A DNA stretch of 64,000 nt. It comes from Alphaproteobacteria bacterium. Its GTDB lineage: Bacteria > Pseudomonadota > Alphaproteobacteria > Rs-D84. Shown one piece after another: positions 53,786 to 62,604 of the stretch. Each line of letters begins with the position of its first letter. Positions within the stretch are counted from its first letter, which is position 1. The notes beneath the pieces were generated by a model that saw nothing but the letters and a program-made list of their open reading frames with translations, did not search any database and was not told the origin of the DNA. The position numbers were made by a program, and so were the translations under genes. The stretch is taken from assembly GCA_017618175.1 (NCBI GenBank), contig JAFZUT010000018.1, positions 29,759 through 93,758 on the forward strand, given 5' to 3'.

Positions 53786-55471
53786 ATGAAAAGAAACAAA
53801 GTAGTTTTTTATTCTCTTTTGGGTGCGATTGTTGCCGGTCACGCGTTTGCAGGCATTCGTGTTGGGAACATATCACGGAATTATGCCGGAACGTATAAAA
53901 ATGTGGTTGGATTGGAACAACAATATTACAATTCTATTGCCGATACCACGGCCGATACCATCGTTGACCAGTCTTTGCCCGTGCCGGTTGCAAACCAAGA
54001 ATTGGCGGATAAAATCCGCAACGGCACGGACGAGAACACAAATCTTGAAACATTAAATACGTGTGCAATGATTTACCCCGATGGCGAATTTGTTTGGGAT
54101 AAACCGACACTTGGCCGTGGTGCCGGCGGTTCGCCGACATGTGTTGCCGTTGTTGAAATTCGTGCAATTGGCGCAAACGGAAGTGCAGAATATCGCACCG
54201 TGGCGCGCGGAAAATTGGCGGCGGGCGATATTGTAAATTGCAACATATCGGATTTTCCAACCGCGACATACCTGCCGGATATTACCAGTGTTGTATTCCC
54301 GGCGGACAGCGCCCCGACACGCGAAGATGTTATTCGTGTTTTGAACGAAGAACAAAAAAACAAGGCCGGATTAAAAATTGCGGCGGCAACCGTTGCGGCG
54401 GGCATTGCGGGAAATATGGTCGGTAAATCAGAAATCGGCAGCGACAGTTTGTTCGGCACGAACAGTGAGAAATTAAAATCCACTGCGGCGGGTGCGGCGA
54501 TTGGTGCGGCATTGATGACGGCCAGTACTTATTCAGGCAAAGTTGCGGGCGATGTAATATTGCATACGGGTGTAAATGCGGCGGCGGGTGGCATTGTGGG
54601 TAATATGATGGCGACCGGCGATGCGGTTCTGCGCGTGGAAAAATGCGTTGATGGCGGCGTTGAAACGACATGCCTTTGGGGAAATTTGCAAAAAACGGAT
54701 TCCAACGTTCCTACCGATAAAAAGTATTACTACAGTCCGGACAAGGGTGATGGCATCATAGTATGCAACACGGACAACAAAGAATGTAAATACGATGGAA
54801 CATTGGTGTTTAAGCATATTGATGATGCATCCGGCAAAAAATTCACATTGGCGGACTTTGTGGGCAAAGAATCCAGGGTCGTTTTAACCGGTACAACCAG
54901 TTATACGTTAAATGAAGATGACCCAAACAATAAAGAAATGCGGGAAACCTCGGGTTCCGGTGCATATTATCGTGCCACGGTTGCAAAACGCGCGGGCGCA
55001 CCATCGGCGGCGGTAATTGTTGGGTTCAAAGATTCTGCGTTCGGTATCAAAGCCAAAGATTGGTACAATTGGCGCAGCGCGAATGGTTCATCTGCGCGGA
55101 TTTGTTTGCGTGATTCACGCGGAAATCCGTATAATTGCGGCGATAAAATCGATGTCGAAGATCAAAATGCCGATAAGACGGTGGTATATGATATAAACGA
55201 CTTTAACCCGATTAAGTTAGAGGCCGATGATGGCGGTGTCGTTGATTTTTCAAACAAGGCACGTCTTGGGTCAACATTAAAGGGTGCAGGTGTCGGCGGC
55301 GCATTGGGCGGGTTTGCCGGATACCAAGGCGCGCAAAGTGATATAGAAGACCGCTTTGTCCAGGCAACACGTGAATACAACGATTCGTTGGAAAAATTCT
55401 ATTGCGGCACGGGCCGAAAGTTCCTGTCGTTCTATAATGACGAAGTAATAATCCCAACAATGAAGAAATAA
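53786..55471 (+). CDS. Secreted protein with glycine-zipper segments (561 aa)
   Basis: Signal peptide (FYSLLGAIVAGHAFA). Three Gly/Ala-rich segments (AATVAAGIAGNMVG, AAGAAIGAALM...AAAGGIVGNMMATG, GAGVGGALGGFAGYQG). No family recognised. Confidence 0.6.
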   Translation: MKRNKVVFYSLLGAIVAGHAFAGIRVGNISRNYAGTYKNVVGLEQQYYNSIADTTADTIVDQSLPVPVANQELADKIRNGTDENTNLETLNTCAMIYPDGEFVWDKPTLGRGAGGSPTCVAVVEIRAIGANGSAEYRTVARGKLAAGDIVNCNISDFPTATYLPDITSVVFPADSAPTREDVIRVLNEEQKNKAGLKIAAATVAAGIAGNMVGKSEIGSDSLFGTNSEKLKSTAAGAAIGAALMTASTYSGKVAGDVILHTGVNAAAGGIVGNMMATGDAVLRVEKCVDGGVETTCLWGNLQKTDSNVPTDKKYYYSPDKGDGIIVCNTDNKECKYDGTLVFKHIDDASGKKFTLADFVGKESRVVLTGTTSYTLNEDDPNNKEMRETSGSGAYYRATVAKRAGAPSAAVIVGFKDSAFGIKAKDWYNWRSANGSSARICLRDSRGNPYNCGDKIDVEDQNADKTVVYDINDFNPIKLEADDGGVVDFSNKARLGSTLKGAGVGGALGGFAGYQGAQSDIEDRFVQATREYNDSLEKFYCGTGRKFLSFYNDEVIIPTMKK

Positions 55472-55474
55472 AAA

Positions 55475-55497
55475 ACGGTTGCGATTGCAACCGTTTT
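55475..55497 (+). terminator. Rho-independent terminator
   Basis: ACGGTTGCGATTGCAACCGT followed by T5. Almost identical to the hairpin at 36846. Confidence 0.75.
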
Positions 55498-55737
55498 TGA
55501 TTATAATATTCCTGCACGGTTGACACCGTTGCGGGGTTTGAAAAGCCCCTAGAGAATTAAACTCCAGCATTGGTTGGAGGATTGCGAATATATTGAATAA
55601 GCAATACTGTATCTCTACAGCTTTTCAACCTCCAACCGTCAATTCGTCATTGACGGTATTTTTATTCCCCTTCACATTGTGAAAGGGGGGACCGGCGGAG
55701 CCGGTGGGGTAGATATAACAGCAAAGGAGGTAAAAAA

Positions 55738-55950
55738 ATGGTTGTTTTGGTTGATGCAAAATATTTTGGGAATATATTGTGCTGCGCACGCAAACACCAA
55801 AATATGAAAACAAAAGATTTGGCAAAAATGTTTCGTATATCTGTTAGACAATGGCACAGGTATGAACGCGGCAAAGAACCCATTCCGGAAAATATTTTAA
55901 TGGCAATATTTCATCGTGGTTTTTGTATGTTGCAATGCAAGATGAATTAA
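55738..55950 (+). CDS. Small XRE/Cro-family helix-turn-helix regulator (70 aa)
   Basis: RBS AAAGGAGG. HTH segment KTKDLAKMFRISVRQWHRYERGKEPIP. Confidence 0.6.
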   Translation: MVVLVDAKYFGNILCCARKHQNMKTKDLAKMFRISVRQWHRYERGKEPIPENILMAIFHRGFCMLQCKMN

Positions 55951-55971
55951 AAACGGCGCAATGCGCCGTTT

Positions 55972-56010
55972 TACTAACCACTAACATTAGCCACTACCCA
56001 CTTAGTGTGG
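55972..56010. repeat. Degenerate CACTAA/TTAGTG repeat
   Basis: ACTAA CCACTAA CATTAG CCACTA CCCACTTAG lies between a terminator hairpin and the rpmG stop, and overlaps that stop. Confidence 0.7.
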
Positions 56011-56175
56011 CATTTTCGCTTCGGTCATTTCAACGTGTTTACGCAATTTCGGGTCGTATTTACGACGTTTAACCTTGCCCGTGGCGGTTTTATTATTTTT
56101 TGACACAGTGTAAAAATAACCGGTTTCTTTGTTTTCCAGTTTGATAATTTCTTTGCTGCCTTTCTTAGATGCCAT
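56002..56175 (-). CDS. rpmG: 50S ribosomal protein L33
   Basis: 57-aa ORF below the track cutoff: MASKKGSKEIIKLENKETGYFYTVSKNNKTATGKVKRRKYDPKLRKHVEMTEAK. Confidence 0.88.
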   Translation of the reverse strand: MASKKGSKEIIKLENKETGYFYTVSKNNKTATGKVKRRKYDPKLRKHVEMTEAKMPH

Positions 56176-56270
56176 TTTATTTGCCTTTTTTATTTGTACT
56201 GCACGCGATTCTAGGTTATTTTTTACTGGAAATCAAGTCTTTTTTATCATAACATTGTCTGCACATAATT

Positions 56271-56355
56271 GGGCCCGTGGCGAAATTGGTAGACGCGATG
56301 GATTTAGGTTCCATTGGGGAAACCTGTGGGGGTTCAAATCCCCCCGGGCCCACCA
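56271..56355 (+). tRNA. tRNA-Leu (anticodon TAG)
   Basis: 85-nt class II tRNA folded by hand. GGGCCCG acceptor, GCGAAATTGGTAGAC D-region, anticodon loop TTTAGGT, long variable arm, GGGGGTTCAAATCCCCC T-arm, CCA. Confidence 0.88.
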
Positions 56356-56405
56356 CCGAAAATTGTTATCGCGTACAATCAAGTACGCGATTAAAATTTT
56401 TGAGT

Positions 56406-56600
56406 GCCGCGCCGTAGCATTGTTCGAATCAAGGGAAATATATTTCATAATTAGCGGCGAAGGCGGGCAAAATTCCAGATTACTTTAATGCCGCGCCGTT
56501 CCGCTTTCACTTCGTTACAGCGAGATTATGCATAAATGGCGCCTGTGCCACAAAGCCTTGGCGCAGTGGCAAGGGCGGACAAAATTCCAAATATTTTAAT
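56406..56600 (+). repeat. Two degenerate tandem units (84 and 111 nt) downstream of tRNA-Leu
   Basis: Both units start GCCGCGCCGT and end GGCGG(G/A)CAAAATTCCA(G/A)AT(T/A)(A/T)(C/T)TTTAAT. Confidence 0.55.
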
Positions 56601-56743
56601 ACACCGGGTAATCGCGCAATGGCCCATCCGGTCGCGACAGTCCCGATTTCACTCCACATCCCGCAGTTGCCAAGGTTGAAATACAAATCAAAAATAATAA
56701 AACCTTTCTCATACCGTAAATTATACCATACATTGTCGTGTTG

Positions 56744-57247
56744 TCAAACGTGGCACGCGGCAAACAAATTCCATTCTTGGGTTCGGCGACGGATTAGGCC
56801 CGGCATCACACGTCCGCCCGATTTATTCCATGCCAACCACGACGATTTCAAATCCGGGTATATCGAACTTTTGAAATTCGGCTTATTTATATATTTTACA
56901 ACGGTCGAGTTTGCAAAATTCTTTGCACCAATGTTGTATGCAAAAATCACCAACGCATCATATTGATTCTGGGTCAATGGCACAGTGATATTATTTCGCA
57001 CTGCGCGTTCCGCCCCGGCGATATCCGCGCGCAATAATTCGGTCGCGCATGTCTCGGTAATGCCACCGGAAAAATTTTCACCCGGTTTTATTAAATGTCC
57101 ATAACCAATCGTTGCCCCGTGTGGCAATGACACGTTGATGTCCACGGACCGGCCGGTTTTATCGTCATAGACAATGTGTTTGTCACCTTTTTTGACACAG
57201 CCTTCTAATTGTTTTAATAATTCGATTCCGTTATTGCTGAATTTCAT
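56744..57247 (-). CDS. Phage-type lysozyme (glycoside hydrolase family 24)
   Basis: 167 aa. LKQLEG (catalytic Glu region), YDDKTGR...TIGYGH, LTQNQYDALVIFAYNIG, GLIRRRTQE. Confidence 0.85.
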   Translation of the reverse strand: MKFSNNGIELLKQLEGCVKKGDKHIVYDDKTGRSVDINVSLPHGATIGYGHLIKPGENFSGGITETCATELLRADIAGAERAVRNNITVPLTQNQYDALVIFAYNIGAKNFANSTVVKYINKPNFKSSIYPDLKSSWLAWNKSGGRVMPGLIRRRTQEWNLFAACHV

Positions 57248-57393
57248 AATTTTCCCCGTAAATAAAAAAACGGTGGCAAAACACCACCAATTGAATGGTC
57301 ACATTATATCACAAAACGCGATAAAAATCAATATGCAATAATTGACAAAGGCGTTTAAATTGCTAAAATACGCGCAATAATAAAGGGTAAAAA

Positions 57394-57720
57394 ATGAAAA
57401 GACCAACACCATATAAAATTGAAAAAGAAAAACAAGAAACATACAAATTAAATGTTCAAAATTTGATTAATTTGATTCCGAATGCGACTGTGGCAAAACA
57501 GGTTGCCCCAGAAGAATTTCAGACATCCACCAAACATCCAATCAAATGGAGTATCGACAACAGTTATGCGATTTATTCTTCACGGTTTGTCTATACGATT
57601 GCAAACGACGGTACCGAAAATTTTCAGTTTTTTATGAAACCGCAAGATTACAAAGAATTTGTGGCGGCGTGTGAACAACGCCGTGCCGAATTGTTCGGAC
57701 GAAAAAACAAAAGCAAATAA
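57394..57720 (+). CDS. Hypothetical protein (108 aa)
   Basis: ORF followed by a hairpin terminator (CAACCACCATTTGGTGGTCG). No family recognised. Confidence 0.5.
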   Translation: MKRPTPYKIEKEKQETYKLNVQNLINLIPNATVAKQVAPEEFQTSTKHPIKWSIDNSYAIYSSRFVYTIANDGTENFQFFMKPQDYKEFVAACEQRRAELFGRKNKSK

Positions 57721-57878
57721 TAAAACAACCACCATTTGGTGGTCGTTTTATTTAACCGATTCACACGCCAACGGGACACTCGATTTGTGGTGGTCTGGGA
57801 AAAAAATATTAAGTTTTTTTAAGACATGTTTTGCAATTTATTATAAATTATGTCATACTTTCCCCAAGAGGGAACGAC

Positions 57879-58427
57879 ATGCAAAAAAACAACAAAACAT
57901 CTGTGATTGCCAATGAAAAAATTGATAATTCAAAACTGATTAAGGCCAGTAAAATTATGCTGGATTTACAGCAAGAGTTAAAAAAATATATCAATAAAGG
58001 TTATGGACCGTTTTTGGCCGCTGTTTATGATTCAAACGGAAATCTTGTCGCCAAGGCCGCCAATAATGTCGTGGATAAATCTTGCAGTAATAATCACGCC
58101 GAAATAAACGCGATAAAGTTAGCGGAAAAGAAACTGGGGACTTATGATTTATCGCCGTATGATTTAAGTATATATGTGACATCTGAACCGTGTATGATGT
58201 GCCTGGGGGCAATTATGTGGTCCGGGATAAAGGCGATTTATTACGGGGTTCCATCTGAACGTGTCACAAAAATCACTGGATTTGACGAAGGTTTCAAACC
58301 AAATTGGTATAATGAATTCAAAAAACGTGGCATAACCGTTTATGGCCAAATTGAAACGGATGCGGGCGAACAAGTTCTAAAAGATTATGTGGTACTTGGT
58401 CATACCGTTTATAAACCAAAGAGATAA
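57879..58427 (+). CDS. CDA-fold nucleoside/nucleotide deaminase (TadA/guanine-deaminase-like)
   Basis: An internal ATG with RBS AGAGGGA. Zinc motifs NHAEINAI and SEPCMMCLGAI. Confidence 0.75.
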   Translation: MQKNNKTSVIANEKIDNSKLIKASKIMLDLQQELKKYINKGYGPFLAAVYDSNGNLVAKAANNVVDKSCSNNHAEINAIKLAEKKLGTYDLSPYDLSIYVTSEPCMMCLGAIMWSGIKAIYYGVPSERVTKITGFDEGFKPNWYNEFKKRGITVYGQIETDAGEQVLKDYVVLGHTVYKPKR

Positions 58428-58614
58428 TTATTCTGGCAGAATGCCCTGTGCAATTCACGAGTTGATTTTATGCGTGATTTGTGGCTGTTTGGGAAAGAAT
58501 TAAGGTGTTTTTGAATCAACAAATTTAATTCTTATGTTTAAATTTTGCAAAACAGTTAATATCACGAAAACTTCGTTTTCAAACGGCACTGTCGTGCCGT
58601 TGACACTCTTGCGC

Positions 58615-58692
58615 AATCCGAGTGGGGCATTTAGGCAAAAATAAAAAATACCCAAACGGGTATTTTTGATTTTTGGCAGCCCCACTCGGATT
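58615..58692. repeat. 78-nt extended palindromic element
   Basis: AATCCGAGTGGGGC...GCCCCACTCGGATT arms enclose AGGCAAAAATAAAAAATACCC-AAAC-GGGTATTTTTGATTTTTGGCAG. Confidence 0.7.
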
Positions 58693-58792
58693 TCGCTCGC
58701 TCGGCACAAAGTGCCGGCTGCGCGGCATTCGTGACGCATCGCGATAAATCGCTCTGCTACTCATTGTGAACCGCGGTTCAAACCGGTGGGGC

Positions 58793-58843
58793 GCAGGCAA
58801 AATAAAACGACCACCGTTTTGGTGGTCTTTTTATTTTGGCAGC
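58793..58843. repeat. Related 51-nt palindromic element
   Basis: GCAGGCAAAATAAAACGACCACC-GTTT-TGGTGGTCTTTTTATTTTGGCAGC. Shares the GGCAAAA(A)TAAAA / TTTTGGCAGCCC flanks with 58615..58692. Confidence 0.7.
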
Positions 58844-59168
58844 CCAAGACCTTACAAATTTGAACCGGTTTATGGAACAAACTATAAATATCGCGGAATC
58901 CCTAATGGATGTGGATTTTGCACTTTATGCCCGATACAAACACACACAAACGCAAACCCCACAAAACCAAATAAATATAATCCAGAACAATATTCTAACC
59001 AGGGATGATAACAAGGGTATAGATGGGATATAAAGGTCAAGATAATACCCCTAACATGAACCATAACTTAATGGCATGTGGTGTAAAGAAAAGCATTCTT
59101 TTATCCTGTGCGTCTGATTCTAATCCGATGCACATGGGGGTGGTGGGGGATAAGGTTTGTTTAAGCGC

Positions 59169-59984
59169 TTATAATTTGTATCCGAGTTTCTTCATTTCTG
59201 TTTTCCAGTTTTTTACCGAACAAAAATGTTCATTGCCGAATTCGGATATATCGCTTTTTATACTACTTATGATTTCTGAATATGACATTTTCCTAGAGTG
59301 TGCATATATATTGGCCGAGAAATAATCACCAACAGCAGCCGCCAAATTGGCTGCTTGCATAGGGCTAAAATTAATCTGATGTTCATACCAACCTCCCTGT
59401 TCTTTCAACAAATTGGTGTATTCTTGTTCGTATAGTATTTTGCAATCAACCAATTGTGTCGCCATATTCCTAGTGTTGTCTTGAACTTTTTCCATGCAAG
59501 CCGCATATTCTGTTGTGGTTGTCTTGTCATTCTTTTTACACCCATTATCAGAATTAAAGTATTTGACCCATTTCTTAAAATCATCGTCTGTTTTTATTGG
59601 ACTGTTTTTTGGCAAAAAGCGTTTATAATCAAAAGTCACTTCGTATTGTGTATGATTCCGGCGATATATTATACAATCATCGGAATCGTAAAATTCTGAA
59701 CCGTTAAATTTCTTTTCCATACACCCAAATTCAGTCCCAGGAACCGAAACACTTAATTCATTATAGCATTCTTGTGACTGCCTATCGAAAATAGGTATCC
59801 CACTTTTGTTCAGAGCATATTCATCGCATTGGCCATTGACGGCATTATACGCCTTTATTATATCGATTGGGTCTGTGGATACCTCTAAATCGCTTGCAAA
59901 CTTTTCTGCATTTTGTATTTTGGTTTGTGTCGTTGCACAAGCCGATAAAATAAAGCACATAGATACGATTAGTATTTTTTTCAT
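59169..59984 (-). CDS. Lipoprotein, hypothetical (271 aa)
   Basis: RBS AAGGAG. Lipobox MKKILIVSMCFILSAC. Cys-rich mature part. Confidence 0.65.
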   Translation of the reverse strand: MKKILIVSMCFILSACATTQTKIQNAEKFASDLEVSTDPIDIIKAYNAVNGQCDEYALNKSGIPIFDRQSQECYNELSVSVPGTEFGCMEKKFNGSEFYDSDDCIIYRRNHTQYEVTFDYKRFLPKNSPIKTDDDFKKWVKYFNSDNGCKKNDKTTTTEYAACMEKVQDNTRNMATQLVDCKILYEQEYTNLLKEQGGWYEHQINFSPMQAANLAAAVGDYFSANIYAHSRKMSYSEIISSIKSDISEFGNEHFCSVKNWKTEMKKLGYKL

Positions 59985-60003
59985 TTTTTACTCCTTTGTT
60001 TTT

Positions 60004-60648
60004 TTATTCTGCACATGCGGCAACCGCATTTCGCATTTTTGTCATGATGCTAACGGTCATTTGTTGTTTTTCTTTGGTATTCGCCATCCAACCATAACCC
60101 GGAAAGAATTGCCCATAACTTTTTAATGCTTTGAATTCGGCTTCAGACAAATGCGACATATAATTATCAACCACACACAAACATTCGACTTCGCTTTTAC
60201 CAAATGTTGATTGACAAGAATTTGTTAAATGCGCCAATTTGCTTAAATACAAAACATTATCTTGTTGCCATATGGCGGGACACAAAGCATCGACCCCTGC
60301 CTTTTCACTGGCCGCAACAAACCTTTCATTAAAGTTCGGATCGGCGCATTGGAAACTGCCTAAACCGTCAATGACTTTAGCAGCGGCTATAATGGTTTCG
60401 TCTGATTTTTGGTTTGAACAAAAATACGCACCCCAAAAACAAAAAGCATTGATATTATTATACCCGTCTGAATTAAGTGTCTTAACAAATGTCGGCATAT
60501 TCCCAAGAACACATTTGCAAACATTCTGATGAAAAGCCCGAAAAGTTATTACACTTTTTACTAGTGGTGATTGTTGCTTTTTGTTTTCGTTTTGGTCACA
60601 TGCACACAACACACATAGCAAGCCCAAAGCGCACAATAATTTTTTCAC
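60004..60648 (-). CDS. Lipoprotein, hypothetical (214 aa, GTG start)
   Basis: A GTG at 60648 preceded by AAAGGGGA gives VKKLLCALGLLCVLCAC (lipobox). Lies 19 nt upstream of the next lipoprotein gene. Confidence 0.55.
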   Translation of the reverse strand: MKKLLCALGLLCVLCACDQNENKKQQSPLVKSVITFRAFHQNVCKCVLGNMPTFVKTLNSDGYNNINAFCFWGAYFCSNQKSDETIIAAAKVIDGLGSFQCADPNFNERFVAASEKAGVDALCPAIWQQDNVLYLSKLAHLTNSCQSTFGKSEVECLCVVDNYMSHLSEAEFKALKSYGQFFPGYGWMANTKEKQQMTVSIMTKMRNAVAACAE

Positions 60649-60731
60649 ATTTCCCCTTTTTATTAAATAAAATCGACCGCCAAAAGATTGACGGTCGGGG
60701 AGTTGATAAATCACCTTGTTAAGGATTTCGC

Positions 60732-60866
60732 GGGTTTCGGGTTGCCCCTATTGTATAACCACGACTCCCCGGCCATGCGGGGAAATCAACGGTGCGAAAA
60801 ACACCGAGATAATAGATTACGATGCTTTCGCACCGAACAAGGTAGGCTTATCACAGCCCCGAACCC
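60732..60866. other. GC-rich ~135-nt element with a three-stem fold (possible structured RNA, strand unknown)
   Basis: Perfect 9-bp stem GGTGCGAAA...TTTCGCACC. Hairpin TCCCCG-GCCATG-CGGGGA. Outer pairing GGGTTTCGGG / CCCCGAACCC. No ORF. Confidence 0.3.
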
Positions 60867-61134
60867 AATCTCTTGGATTCATTGAAAACTTTACAGAGAA
60901 ACATGAAAAAAGTCAAAATATAAATTGTCTGCGCTGGTTTTATATTTGATGTGCGACAATCGCATTGTCGTGCCCGACGTCGCAATGTTTTGTTTTTCGG
61001 CATACCGACTATTCCAAAACCAAGACATCGCGTGTCGAGGCAAAATAACACTATTTACGAATCGATTATGTTTTAACGCAACCATGTCAACATACCAGAA
61101 AACCGACAAAAACAAAAAAATATGCATCAATGGC

Positions 61135-61163
61135 TTGACATTTTATCGTTTTTTAATTATAAT
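61135..61163 (+). promoter_or_regulatory. Consensus sigma70 promoter
   Basis: TTGACA, a 17-nt spacer, then TATAAT (perfect hexamers), reading toward the TTATGAT array and the 257-aa ORF. Confidence 0.6.
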
Positions 61164-61210
61164 AAAAATCGTTCAAAACCACGGTCACAAAGGAGTTGCG
61201 AGGATTTTAA

Positions 61211-61370
61211 GATGACAATTTATGATTCGGCTTTTATGATTCGTTGATTGATTTCTTATTAGCCCCCATTCTACCCATTGTGACTATATTATGATCGTGC
61301 TCTTTATGAGCATTTTTTTATGATTCGGGTTTATGACAACCTTTTATGATCCCCCTTTTATGATTTGCAT
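61211..61370 (+). repeat. Iteron-like array of TTATGA(T/C/G) motifs (8-9 copies in 160 nt)
   Basis: GATGACA, TTTATGATTCGG, TTTATGATTCG, TTATGATCG, TTTATGAGC, TTTATGATTCGGG, TTTATGACA, TTTATGATCC, TTTATGATTT at irregular 10-40 nt spacing. Confidence 0.7.
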
Positions 61371-61529
61371 CTGTTTGTTTCCACGCACGCAATTTTATTG
61401 CGTTCATTTTGTCTTTTTTTGTCTGCGGACTTGACTCGACAAGTGGACGAGAGCAACAATCCTGACACAAAATGACTTGTGGTGGGCAAGTGTTGCGAAT
61501 TTTGCGAAAAAAAAATAAAGGAGTAAAAG

Positions 61530-62303
61530 ATGCAAAATTCAAATTATGTAAACATTGAAAAAATATCACAAGAAACCAACGCATTTTTCGATGCGTTCGC
61601 AACCAGTGCCAAACAGATTGATTGGTTCAATCTTAATAGGCATATATCCGGCATCGGCGACTTCTTACCGGGCAACATACAACATGTGCTAAAAGAATGG
61701 GCAACCCGGGGGCTGATTCATGTGGCCTCCGGACAGGCAATGTCCATTCGTGATACCGCGATGTTAAGTGTGCTGACCGTGCTAAAAAAGCGCGGTCTTT
61801 CTTTATCTGCACTGCGACAAATACGAGACGCATTGAATTTGCCAATGTATGATAACTGTTCGGTGTTAGAATTCGCCACATTACTATGTCGCAATTTAGC
61901 ATTAGAACAACCGGATGCCGACAAAATGCCATACTTGGTTATTGATGGCGAAAATCGCATTACATTAGCATTGAAACGCGACATGAACAAAATCATTACA
62001 GACCCGGATATAAACACATATTCACATATCATACTGAATGCTATGCAGATATTCAATGAATGCGATGTGGTGCTAAAAATCAACGAATCCAGGATGGGTG
62101 AATTTGTGGATATACCAACAAACATTGCCAACAAACTATATGACCCTGGGGTTAAAAAACTGAATATCGATAAAACAGCAAACCGCATCCATACAGTATC
62201 AGATGGTGGCACAAGCCCAAACTATGGGGAACGCACAATCAAATACCAAAATGGGCGCGAGGTTTTTAATGAGGTCAAATCAACGGAGGTCTTGTATGAA
62301 TAA
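61530..62303 (+). CDS. Hypothetical protein (257 aa), possible DNA-binding or replication/regulatory protein of the element
   Basis: RBS AAAGGAG. No family recognised. Sits directly downstream of the iteron-like array and upstream of the recombinase. Confidence 0.55.
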   Translation: MQNSNYVNIEKISQETNAFFDAFATSAKQIDWFNLNRHISGIGDFLPGNIQHVLKEWATRGLIHVASGQAMSIRDTAMLSVLTVLKKRGLSLSALRQIRDALNLPMYDNCSVLEFATLLCRNLALEQPDADKMPYLVIDGENRITLALKRDMNKIITDPDINTYSHIILNAMQIFNECDVVLKINESRMGEFVDIPTNIANKLYDPGVKKLNIDKTANRIHTVSDGGTSPNYGERTIKYQNGREVFNEVKSTEVLYE

Positions 62304-62604
62304 AATACGCCATATAAACATGCTGAGAATAACTATCGAACAAATCGAAATTATTACCAGCGCAAATGAACAACTTTGTTTTAGTGACTGGACAAACCAG
62401 AGCCAAAACGCAACCAAAAAGGTGTTGCGATGGCTTTATTGTCAATCACTGAGGCAAAGCGCATTTTAGGTTCTACAAACATGCCAATAGAACAATTACA
62501 GGGAATCCTGCAACTGATTGAAGAGTATGCGTGGATAATATGCGAACAAATATAAACTAACCCCGGGTGTTTCGGCATCCGGGACAAAACTTAAAGGGAA
62601 AAAT

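Noticed and set aside
56846-56858. TTTCAAATCCGGG, resembling the tRNA-Leu T-arm/acceptor (GTTCAAATCCCCCGGG), as a possible att direct repeat
   Set aside because: The match is only ~10-12 nt and lies inside the lysozyme coding sequence. Large serine recombinases do not typically use tRNA 3' ends. Most likely a chance match.
56619-56966. 115-aa plus-strand ORF
   Set aside because: It overlaps the well-supported minus-strand GH24 lysozyme gene and the repeat region. It has no RBS and no motif.
61211-61249. Mini-ORF MTIYDSAFMIR at the start of the TTATGAT array, as a leader peptide
   Set aside because: The nearest Shine-Dalgarno-like AAAGGAG is ~16 nt from the ATG, which is too far. The ATG and stop codons are by-products of the repeated TTATGAT motif.
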